Below, piece after piece: positions 55,606 through 64,000 of a stretch of DNA of 64,000 nt (position 1 is the stretch's first letter; each line of letters begins with the position of its first letter). The stretch lies in sequence record NC_070958.1; one strand, written 5' to 3'. Both the position numbers and the translations under genes were made by a program. Below the pieces are notes generated by a model. It had not been told where the DNA came from and did not search any database. It saw nothing but the letters and a program-made list of their open reading frames with translations.

Positions 55606-57807
55606 TTACTGGGTAGCCAGTGAATCTTCGTTGTACGCTTCCAGTGTGGAGTCCATCATGTACACACCCTTGGAGAACCAGAGGCGGGTAGTGGTGAACA
55701 TCACAGACTTGGCGTTCGGACTGTCTTCACGGAAAGTCGGGTCAACAGAGTAGTTGACGATGACAGCACCGAGTTGCTCACGGATGCGAGCTTCGGCGGC
55801 GTCCTTCAGACGAGCGATGTAACCTTCCCGGCGGAGCTGGGTGTTACCAGAGATCTTGATCCATTCGTCTTGGAGGATCTTCTCAACGCAGATACAGGCC
55901 CATACGTTGGGGAGGTCTTTCAGAACGGATTCGGTACTGTTGTACACAGTCGGCAATGCCGGGCGGCAGAACTGAGAGGTGTTCAACGGAGTGACCGTGA
56001 TGGAACCCTGGATCAGGTTGTTCGCTGCGGGATCGTCATCTTCGAACTGTACCAGCGGATCGTGCATTACACGGAGAGTACGGTTACCCTCGTTATCCGG
56101 CATCAGGTTCGCGTAAACCTTACCATCTTCACCACCGCCCGCGATAGCGAATGCGTACATGGTTTCGATGTTCAGGGAGAACTGACTGAAGGTCGGTTCG
56201 TCGATAACACGACCGGTCCACAGGTTGATGGCCGAACGGCAAGCATGAGACTGGAAGGTCTCGCTTTCCGGGATCATGGCGATCTTGGTGTGGAGTGCTT
56301 CGCGAGTGGAGTACAGTTGCTCTTGGCTCTTGTTCACCAGGTACTCGGTAGCGCACGGTACGACGATGATGTCTTTACGTTTGCCCAGGAAACTGATCAG
56401 CAGATCTTTGATCGCGTCGTTGTAACCGAGGTCCCACATAAAGGAGGTACGGTTACGGATCACGTCTTTGACATCCAGGGAACCACGGTAACTGGTCAGG
56501 TAGCCTTCGATCAGGATCTGGTTCATAGCCCAGAACTGTTTGTGGCTTACCAGCTCGTCGGTACCGGATTTGGTAACCCAGGGACCATCGACTGCTTCGA
56601 TCCAGCTATCCGGAGCGGCAGGGTAGTCACCATTAGCGAGAGCGTACGGATCAACACCACCAGAAGCTTGGAAGTAGTGGTTCATGCTCACACGAGAAAC
56701 CTCCAGCTTATCGCCAGGGAATTTCGTGTTCCCGCCGAACACAACGTGATGATACGGATTACCGTTATGATCGACGAAGGAGAACGGGTTCATGATTGCA
56801 CGAACCGGGAGCTTGTTGCTCAGGACTTCAGGGGCGACGCCCACACCATCAACATACTCGGCTTTGTACAGGGCTGCACAAACGGTATCGATGTTGGTGT
56901 TGTAAACAAATGCGTCGGTAAACGGAGCAGGGCGCTCTTGTACCGGACGGTTTACGTCACGACCGGTGAAACGGTCCAGGGCTACTTGGACGCCATAGCG
57001 GACATTGTTGTTGTCAGCCATGTTGTACAGAGTGAACTGTGCATCCGGAGTACCGGAAACAGTAGTAGCCGGAATACGCATCCCGTTATCCAGACGCTCA
57101 CCGATGTTCATGACGAACGGGAAAGCACCGTAGGTGATAACGAAGCGCGCCACTTCGGTCCAGTCAGTAAAGCTGGGGTTACCGAACGCAGCATACATTG
57201 CGTTATAGGCATCGCCCACGCCACCTACCAGTTCGAACAGAGGGTAGAACTTACCCTTGGCGTCATCGGGGAGGGTACCGCCGGCAACTGCGTTCACTTC
57301 GAAACTGTTGGCTTTACCGACAGGGGTGTCGGGACTGGCTTTCAGGATTGCGGGGAAACCAACCACACCTTTTACGGTAGGGGTCGTTTTGTCGACAATC
57401 GGCTTACCGGCATCGTCGAACTCGTAACCGCCAGCGGCGTTACGTTCGTAGTTAGGTACATCCTGTCCTTCGAACAGAATAACACCCATGATCACCCGAG
57501 CGTGCTCTTCGTTAGCCGTCAGACGACGGAAACTGAAGGATGCTTGACCGGCTTTACCCAGGACACCGATGGCTACTGCAACAGGGTTGTAGTAGGGACC
57601 GTTCGGGTCTTGGATGTCACCGAACTTCTCGGAGAAACCGGACATGGCAACAGTTGCACGACCGATGGGACCACGAGGAGTTACGCAGGCGAAGTCAGGG
57701 AAGTGAGCGGGAGAAGAGATGATCGGATTGGTCGGCGTCAGGTTTTCACGACTGACGATACCGTTCTGATGGACCTTCCCCGGTACCAATTTGGTAGTAG
57801 TACTCAT
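55606..57807 (-). CDS. Contractile tail sheath protein (phiKZ gp29-like)
   Basis: 733 aa; MWDLGYN...KRKD and FCRPALPTVY motifs; sheath-tube order. Confidence 0.9.
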   Translation of the reverse strand: MSTTTKLVPGKVHQNGIVSRENLTPTNPIISSPAHFPDFACVTPRGPIGRATVAMSGFSEKFGDIQDPNGPYYNPVAVAIGVLGKAGQASFSFRRLTANEEHARVIMGVILFEGQDVPNYERNAAGGYEFDDAGKPIVDKTTPTVKGVVGFPAILKASPDTPVGKANSFEVNAVAGGTLPDDAKGKFYPLFELVGGVGDAYNAMYAAFGNPSFTDWTEVARFVITYGAFPFVMNIGERLDNGMRIPATTVSGTPDAQFTLYNMADNNNVRYGVQVALDRFTGRDVNRPVQERPAPFTDAFVYNTNIDTVCAALYKAEYVDGVGVAPEVLSNKLPVRAIMNPFSFVDHNGNPYHHVVFGGNTKFPGDKLEVSRVSMNHYFQASGGVDPYALANGDYPAAPDSWIEAVDGPWVTKSGTDELVSHKQFWAMNQILIEGYLTSYRGSLDVKDVIRNRTSFMWDLGYNDAIKDLLISFLGKRKDIIVVPCATEYLVNKSQEQLYSTREALHTKIAMIPESETFQSHACRSAINLWTGRVIDEPTFSQFSLNIETMYAFAIAGGGEDGKVYANLMPDNEGNRTLRVMHDPLVQFEDDDPAANNLIQGSITVTPLNTSQFCRPALPTVYNSTESVLKDLPNVWACICVEKILQDEWIKISGNTQLRREGYIARLKDAAEARIREQLGAVIVNYSVDPTFREDSPNAKSVMFTTTRLWFSKGVYMMDSTLEAYNEDSLATQ

Positions 57808-57923
57808 AAGGAATTGACTCCGGAAATATTGGAAGTTTTTTGATCAAAAAACTCAATCGTATGACCTTACGGCCACTTGATTACTGACGTTAACACGCAT
57901 AACATTAATTTGGAACTGAAACT

Positions 57924-58799
57924 ATGATCTTAAATGGTTACGATACCACTGTTGGTACTCGTTTTAAAGTAAAAGATAAGGTTACGGAAACACTCCGTGC
58001 CTTGCAAAGTTCCGACCGACTCGAACTTGTTGAGAACCGTGGTGTGTACGCCATTACTCACAAGAACGACTTCGGTCTTCCTCCTTTTATTTTCCCGATG
58101 TCTATCCAGAACTACATGCGCAAGCCTGTAACTGTATTTGATCAACGGGGGTACATCAACCGCGAAGGACGCAATATCAACATCCCGGAGTACAACGTAA
58201 TGCTCCTGGCTGCGTGTTTACAGCAAGACCTTCAACTGGGTAACAAAACACTTATTAAGAGTGTGCGTCCCTTCACTGTCAAAGCATTCGCCAATGCCAT
58301 GGGTCGGAAGCTGGAACGGACCGTTGCAATGGATATGACCCAGAAGCGGATCCTCCGGACCATCCTGGCCTACTACTACGTTTGTCTGATGGAAGATCCC
58401 AATGTGGATTACAAGTTCATCGCTCAGAACGTAATAAAGGCAGCGTTGCGTTATGACATCAATGATGTTCGTGAAGTGATCGACGAGCTGGGTTACGTGG
58501 GGACACTCCCTGATCTGTTGTCCGCTATCGTTAACCATCCTTCCCTGTTCGCTCTGAAGAACTTGGACATGGCTGGTTTGGTTGGTGTGGCCGGAACGAT
58601 CTTCTTCAGTACGTCCGGGTTCAAGTTCATCGTCAGCGCAGCTATCGAACTTCCGACTCTGTTCACTGCAATGTGCTGGGGTGCTGCTAGTCAACGCATT
58701 TACCAGAACACTACTCTGGGTGAAGAGCTCAACGTCAAACAAGATAAGAACGTTGAAACCTTCATTAAACAAGTAGGTTACTATTTCCAATCGGTATAA
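57924..58799 (+). CDS. Virion structural protein (phiKZ gp28 position)
   Basis: 291 aa, divergent from the sheath gene; ELPTLFTAM family-like motif. Confidence 0.7.
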   Translation: MILNGYDTTVGTRFKVKDKVTETLRALQSSDRLELVENRGVYAITHKNDFGLPPFIFPMSIQNYMRKPVTVFDQRGYINREGRNINIPEYNVMLLAACLQQDLQLGNKTLIKSVRPFTVKAFANAMGRKLERTVAMDMTQKRILRTILAYYYVCLMEDPNVDYKFIAQNVIKAALRYDINDVREVIDELGYVGTLPDLLSAIVNHPSLFALKNLDMAGLVGVAGTIFFSTSGFKFIVSAAIELPTLFTAMCWGAASQRIYQNTTLGEELNVKQDKNVETFIKQVGYYFQSV

Positions 58800-58815
58800 C
58801 TTTTGGAGTTATTAA

Positions 58816-61800
58816 ATGGCTGATCAAACCGCCAAGTTCCAACTGGAACGGGCTCGCTCATTTGTGAGTGGTTCTGATCTGTCTGTGACCTTCAATATCA
58901 TCCCAGCAACGCCTGATGAAAAGGCGTTGCTGGCACATGTCGAAGATCTGGACAAGGTTACGAACACCGTAGGTTCCACAAGGACACCAACCAGCCAGAA
59001 GTTTGACTCTGCTAAACAGACAATCTCTTTTATCATCCCTGTTGTTCGCAGTGATGCCAAGAACATGACGTACATCTTTATTGGTGACGTTACTATCGAT
59101 GGCGTTCGCTATCCTTACAACTACTCATTGACAATTGAACCGGTCGATGTGGAAGTAAACAAACTGTTCGATGATGGGATCGACATGGTGTTTGAGTTCG
59201 GTTACACCGTGCACAACACTAAGCTCCCAGTCACCATCCCTGGCGTAGTGACTCTCAATGAGGGTAGCTATGTAAAGGAAGGGGCCGAACTTCGTAAGGT
59301 GTCCGAGACAACTGCCGCTGGGGTGGCATTGTATCGAGTAGAGATTGAGCTGTTCCAGGTCAAACATCCCAGGTTGTTTATCAAGGGCTCTGTTGCCTTT
59401 GAATACCCCGAATACACAATCCATGTTCCCTTTGAGAAATGGCAAGATGAAAACATCGCTTGGGAAAGTTATCCCCGACCGCTTGTTGACTATGCCAAGA
59501 AACATATGTGGGGACACCGTGAACTGGATAACAACTACCAACTTAAGTTGGGACGTGTTTCACCAGCCAACGGGTTAATCAATAACTTTTTCTTTGCTGG
59601 TAAAACTTTCCTTCTTCCTGGTCCTAGTCACTTCTACCATGTCTTTAGCATGGGTGGGTTTGACATCAACTTCTGGAACATGGGGCAAAGGAAATTAGAC
59701 TGGTGGCCTTTCAACACATGGAAGACACTGTCTGAGATTTCCAACCAGCGTGGTACCAGCCTCGACGTCTATAATGGCCGTGGTCGGATGTTCCCTCGTG
59801 GTGATGTTTGGATGTTGAACACTTATCAGGGTGTGACGTTCATAGCAATGCCAGTGACTCAGATGTACCCTATCCCCATGGATAAGAACATGTACATCCG
59901 GTGCTACACGTCGGATATTAATACCGCGACCATCTCCGAGGAAGAACAAACCAAATATCGGTTCGGCTATGCGTTCAGGGAATATTCCGATCCCGCTGAT
60001 TTTACTTACATCACCGAACAGTACAACATGTACAACAGTTTCAATACTGGCCGTGTTCAATTCTTCTTGAACGGGGTGGTGAGTGACATCAGTAAATATG
60101 TCAGGGTTAGTGGAGACCTCTTGGAGGTAGCGTACGACCCGACGATTGGTCAGACTCATACATACAAGTTCAAAGACTTGGCCGATTTCTATTCGGTAAT
60201 GGATGAGAAACGTAAACTGATCATCTTCCCTGGAGATTTGTCAAAACCTCGGTACTACAAGTATCATAACGATATCGACGTCTACGTTGTCAACCGTCGT
60301 ACCAAACAAGCATTGTATTACCATCGTAACAAGGTGGATGCCATTCGTCAGCTTACACATCATGACTTCGCACTGGCCGCTGGCTATGTGGAATTCTTGA
60401 TCAGTGAACTGATGAACATGGATAGTACAAAGCGTACTACGGTCAATGACATCGACATCCAGATCTATCATCGGGAAACCAAGTGGAAGTTCGAATTGGG
60501 TCCGACCTCAAGTCGTATCAACGACTTGTATCTCCTGGAGGATCCAGAAAAGATTCTTGGGGCGATGACTGGTGCACAGAGTACAGTTAAGGAATGGTCT
60601 GCTCCGGAGTTGGAAAAGGGTGCGACGAACTTTGTTCTGAATGCCATCCTTCAAGAGCTCTCTACAACGACTGTGCGTGAGGGTCTTGGATATAACGGTT
60701 GCTCTGTTGCACTGAGCGCATCTCCGTTGTATATGCCGTACATCACTCCGGGTGATCCTGGTTTTGAAGATGTCTTCCCGACACCTCCTTATGAAACCGG
60801 TCTGGGTTATCGTATCCCTGCGAGTTATGTTGAATCATCTACCGCATACGAGTACGACAAGAACGGTCTGTATATTCGTAAGGTAGGGGTGATCAAGTCC
60901 GAGTGGTATAAGCCCGGTCCTGACTGTTACTATGTCGAGTTCGTGGTTGGACAAGCTTCCACATGGTTGGACTGTGCAATCAGCAGAACAGACGTAAAAC
61001 TCAGACCTGGGTTTGGGTTCAGAGTCTATACAGCCGGATGGCTGATTGATCCTGACGATCCGGAAGTGCCTGACAACTCACTCTTCAAGAAAGAGTTTAA
61101 CATCACTGCTGACGGTAAAGAGATCTATCCTGAACCTTATGAGATCAAAATCTATGGTGATGGAGAGAATACCGCTCCTGACCTCGAGATCGTCACCAGC
61201 GGTGGTCGACCGGATGGTAAGTGGGTGGATGTTACCGGAACTGATGAGTATCGGATAGTGAACGGATACATTTCCTGGAACTTCGACACTCGGAACAAAG
61301 TGGGCATGGTGATCTTTGATACCGTTCATTTGTTCAATCAGTTTGAACTGTATCACATCGATAACAGTATCAGTTTCCAGATCATGCACACCTGGGATAT
61401 CGGTGGTCTTCCATTACCGATTGAACCTGGTCAGATTGATCTGTGGATCAACGGACATCCTGCGATTGAAAATGTCGACTACGTACTTGACTTCCCCAAC
61501 GTTTACGTTATCAGCAAAATGTGGCTGAAGGAAGGTGGGCGTAACACATTCGCTTATCGCGGTCGCGGTCTTTCTGGTAAAGGACTGATTCCTTCTAGCG
61601 AGTTGGGTTTTGTCTACGACGGTGTACTGGGTATCAATGGTCGGTACAATCTGCGTATCGATCGTCCTACCAAGACAATCATCAATGGTCGGTTGTATCT
61701 TACTGAAGCACTGGACTGGTCCGAGGATATCAACCACGGTCAAAACGTCGGTGCACTGAACGGGATGCCTTATGAGGTCAAGCATATCTACTGCGATAAT

Positions 61801-62265
61801 AAGTATGTAGAACAGTTCGATCTTCATTGGGGCTTTGATGCAGCTCGTGAGTTGGATCAACGGATCAGTGATTACCTCACTGTTAACGCCGATTACAAAC
61901 AGAATCTCCCTGTGGACTATCCCTATCTGGAAGAGGACCGTTATCGGTTATTCAGTCCGTTCATGAACCAACTTGCCAACGAAATGCAACTCGGTTTCTT
62001 GACAGTTCCCGCTCCTACCGAGACAGAGATTGGTTATAGTGATCAAGCGATCGACGATATCACTCGTCCTTATCAATGGTTGCTGAAATACGATCCCTCT
62101 CAAATGGATCTGGATCTGAGGTATTTCATGATCCACCCGTACAGTAATCTTCAGCGGATTACAGTCACTCCCAATCAGTTGACCGTACTCTCCAGGGTCA
62201 ATGACCTGTATCTTAAAGGGAAACTTCGTATTGAAGGCTTCTTCGAGGTAAAACACGATGTTTAG
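58816..62265 (+). CDS. Baseplate/virion structural protein (phiKZ gp27-like) with an N-terminal beta-rich extension
   Basis: 1149 aa; LVDYAKKHMWG family-like start at about residue 225; LYYHRN, LGYNG, NGHPAIENVDY and LFSPFM motifs. Confidence 0.75.
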   Translation: MADQTAKFQLERARSFVSGSDLSVTFNIIPATPDEKALLAHVEDLDKVTNTVGSTRTPTSQKFDSAKQTISFIIPVVRSDAKNMTYIFIGDVTIDGVRYPYNYSLTIEPVDVEVNKLFDDGIDMVFEFGYTVHNTKLPVTIPGVVTLNEGSYVKEGAELRKVSETTAAGVALYRVEIELFQVKHPRLFIKGSVAFEYPEYTIHVPFEKWQDENIAWESYPRPLVDYAKKHMWGHRELDNNYQLKLGRVSPANGLINNFFFAGKTFLLPGPSHFYHVFSMGGFDINFWNMGQRKLDWWPFNTWKTLSEISNQRGTSLDVYNGRGRMFPRGDVWMLNTYQGVTFIAMPVTQMYPIPMDKNMYIRCYTSDINTATISEEEQTKYRFGYAFREYSDPADFTYITEQYNMYNSFNTGRVQFFLNGVVSDISKYVRVSGDLLEVAYDPTIGQTHTYKFKDLADFYSVMDEKRKLIIFPGDLSKPRYYKYHNDIDVYVVNRRTKQALYYHRNKVDAIRQLTHHDFALAAGYVEFLISELMNMDSTKRTTVNDIDIQIYHRETKWKFELGPTSSRINDLYLLEDPEKILGAMTGAQSTVKEWSAPELEKGATNFVLNAILQELSTTTVREGLGYNGCSVALSASPLYMPYITPGDPGFEDVFPTPPYETGLGYRIPASYVESSTAYEYDKNGLYIRKVGVIKSEWYKPGPDCYYVEFVVGQASTWLDCAISRTDVKLRPGFGFRVYTAGWLIDPDDPEVPDNSLFKKEFNITADGKEIYPEPYEIKIYGDGENTAPDLEIVTSGGRPDGKWVDVTGTDEYRIVNGYISWNFDTRNKVGMVIFDTVHLFNQFELYHIDNSISFQIMHTWDIGGLPLPIEPGQIDLWINGHPAIENVDYVLDFPNVYVISKMWLKEGGRNTFAYRGRGLSGKGLIPSSELGFVYDGVLGINGRYNLRIDRPTKTIINGRLYLTEALDWSEDINHGQNVGALNGMPYEVKHIYCDNKYVEQFDLHWGFDAARELDQRISDYLTVNADYKQNLPVDYPYLEEDRYRLFSPFMNQLANEMQLGFLTVPAPTETEIGYSDQAIDDITRPYQWLLKYDPSQMDLDLRYFMIHPYSNLQRITVTPNQLTVLSRVNDLYLKGKLRIEGFFEVKHDV

Positions 62266-64000
62266 TAACGCACCTAAAGCCACCAGTAATGACGGTGGTG
62301 TCGTTCCGGGTAACAAACCCAGCATCGGTAATAATGACGCTCGCAAGGTCGTCCATTATATCGAGCAAATTTTCGATCCCGATATTCACCCCATCGAGCT
62401 GATGTCCAAGTACATCGTTCCTGAAGAGGGTGAACTCGTAGTAGACATGCCGAACCATGTTTTCTACGAGGTAGAACATGTGGATCGTCACGCCACTTGG
62501 AAAACGACCCTTGGTCCTTGGAACCCGATTCCCGAGGCCAGTGGTAATGACTACACCCTGTTCCCGAAACACGAATACGGTTTCTTGCAGGGTGAAATGG
62601 CACTGATGATCGATTACAGTGTCCGTCCTCCTGTGGCTCGGGTCGATGCAAACTGCGTCGCTCCTAATGCAGCATACGCTCATCTCTATAACGGTGATGT
62701 GTTCCAGGATACTGACATTATTTCAGCCACTTATTCTGGTGTTGATTTTATCGACAACAAAATCCCGGTATCCCCGGTTGTTCTCGATAACTTCGAAAAC
62801 CTCACCATTATGGGTGCGAATACGTTCTCTGTCCAACGAAGTGATAAGGAACTCCCTAACGGTTCACGGTGTAGCCTGATCTTCAAGGATCAAGCGGGTC
62901 GACCGATCCCACCCATCTATCCGTTGGCTGTTCAGCACTGCTCTCATCTCCGTGACCATGAGCTGGGTACTCGCTACGTTAAGAGCATTGAACTCATCTC
63001 TCCATGGTTCACCAATACGTCCAATCCGAAGACCCTGTTTATCAGGATCAACGTATTGCTGAAGACGGTTGAGTTCCGTGCACGAGTTCACTACTCCGAC
63101 GGTACTTCTTCTGATCCGGTTCCTGTGAATACCTTCAACGGTAATAACGGGTTCAAACTCTTGGGTCTGGACCAGTGGAAACCGACAGTACCTGGTCAGT
63201 CTTCTGACAGTCTGGTTCTGACGTATGCATTCGCTGAACACGAACAGGCTTACATGGCCCAACCTGGTCAGCCTCGTCATATGTCCGAGAAGTACACCAT
63301 CGTTGCTGTCCCTGGTGAGGGTACGTACACTCCGCGTATCTACTCCTACCCGTATTGGGATAACATGAACGGTTGGAAGTTGAAACACTTCCTGACTGAC
63401 CTGGATCGCAAGTACTGTCGTGACGTCACTGACATTGTCACACTGAACGAATCCAGTCCTGCGTTTGATGGCCGTAAGTATGGTGAAGAGCAGAACCTGA
63501 TCTTCAACCTGAACATGCGTGATGTCTCCGCTAGCTATGAACCCTGGTCGTTCATGCAACACACCTCTCCAACGTTGTACAACGATGCAACAGCGGAAGG
63601 ACGTAAGTGGGATGTTCGTCATTCTCGTGGTAAACCGCCATTCGTGTCGATGACTGTCGAGTACATTGCTCAAGCTGGTGGTGGTGTTAAGGCCAAGTTC
63701 GCCGGGATTGCCAATGACAAAGAGTTCCTTGATAAAGGTTACTGGGCATTCGATCCTCTTATGGATCCGCTCACTGAAATCAAGGCTCCGACTCCGACCC
63801 ACTTCGATCTCGTTCGGGTCAATGGTTCTGTTCGGACCGGTATTCCTATTGCTGGCTGGAAAGAACTTCCCATCGATGCGTTCAGTCTCACTCCGGGTGA
63901 AGGTCTCTTCATTCGTTGGGTACGTCGTGAATCCGATGGCAATGAATTCCAACTCGGTGTTTCTGCTGCTGTCAGTAAGAAAGTCTCTGTGTTCTCATAA
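62258..64000 (+). CDS. Virion structural protein (phiKZ gp26-like)
   Basis: 580 aa ending at TAA 63998-64000; YIVPEEGELV, SIELISPW and YSYPYW motifs; synteny after the gp27-like gene. Confidence 0.75.
   Translation: MFSNAPKATSNDGGVVPGNKPSIGNNDARKVVHYIEQIFDPDIHPIELMSKYIVPEEGELVVDMPNHVFYEVEHVDRHATWKTTLGPWNPIPEASGNDYTLFPKHEYGFLQGEMALMIDYSVRPPVARVDANCVAPNAAYAHLYNGDVFQDTDIISATYSGVDFIDNKIPVSPVVLDNFENLTIMGANTFSVQRSDKELPNGSRCSLIFKDQAGRPIPPIYPLAVQHCSHLRDHELGTRYVKSIELISPWFTNTSNPKTLFIRINVLLKTVEFRARVHYSDGTSSDPVPVNTFNGNNGFKLLGLDQWKPTVPGQSSDSLVLTYAFAEHEQAYMAQPGQPRHMSEKYTIVAVPGEGTYTPRIYSYPYWDNMNGWKLKHFLTDLDRKYCRDVTDIVTLNESSPAFDGRKYGEEQNLIFNLNMRDVSASYEPWSFMQHTSPTLYNDATAEGRKWDVRHSRGKPPFVSMTVEYIAQAGGGVKAKFAGIANDKEFLDKGYWAFDPLMDPLTEIKAPTPTHFDLVRVNGSVRTGIPIAGWKELPIDAFSLTPGEGLFIRWVRRESDGNEFQLGVSAAVSKKVSVFS

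Noticed and set aside
55774-57843. 689-aa ORF antisense to the tail sheath, and similar long shadows (15273-16757, 24283-25842, 29065-30264, 35514-36773, 38374-39900, 62864-63952, 11441-12655)
   Set aside because: They mirror strongly codon-biased genes that avoid TTA/CTA/TCA, so the reverse frame lacks stops; there are no RBSs or motifs and the composition is unnatural
57855-57905. TATG late-promoter motifs on both strands between the sheath and gp28-like genes
   Set aside because: A 4-mer in AT-rich DNA occurs by chance and cannot be supported without TSS data
1-64000. CRISPR arrays, tRNA/rRNA genes, IS elements, alternative genetic code
   Set aside because: No regularly spaced repeats, cloverleafs or transposase motifs were recognised by eye, and ORFs are full length under code 11; tRNAscan-SE and Infernal were not run

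Overview
This window is a 64-kb segment of a lytic phiKZ-related jumbo myophage. Its gene order most resembles the EL/OBP-type phages, and the host is probably Gram-negative. Core modules present are a GroEL-like chaperonin, thymidine kinase, an RNase H-fold protein, an SF2 helicase, a UvsX/RecA recombinase, three virion RNA polymerase subunits (beta-N, beta-C, and beta-prime with DFDGD), a 2353-aa tape-measure protein with a GH19 lysozyme domain, a modular endolysin, the prohead protease, tail tube, tail sheath and adjacent baseplate proteins. Two accessory islands (about 2.8-6.2 kb and 41.5-54.6 kb) carry seven copies of a 25-nt early-promoter motif and many intrinsic terminators. The most notable observations are: (1) four highly diverged exported proteins, each with exactly two similarly spaced cysteines, suggesting a periplasmic paralog array of unknown function; (2) an RNase H homolog whose four catalytic acidic residues all appear replaced; (3) a covarying GRAC-AAUUCC-GUUC hairpin in two structured intergenic regions; (4) an ~84-aa insertion in thymidine kinase; (5) duplicated and CTAG-rich terminators. 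No tRNA, rRNA, CRISPR array, intron, intein or IS element was recognised. All homology calls come from manual motif recognition and recalled synteny, not database searches.
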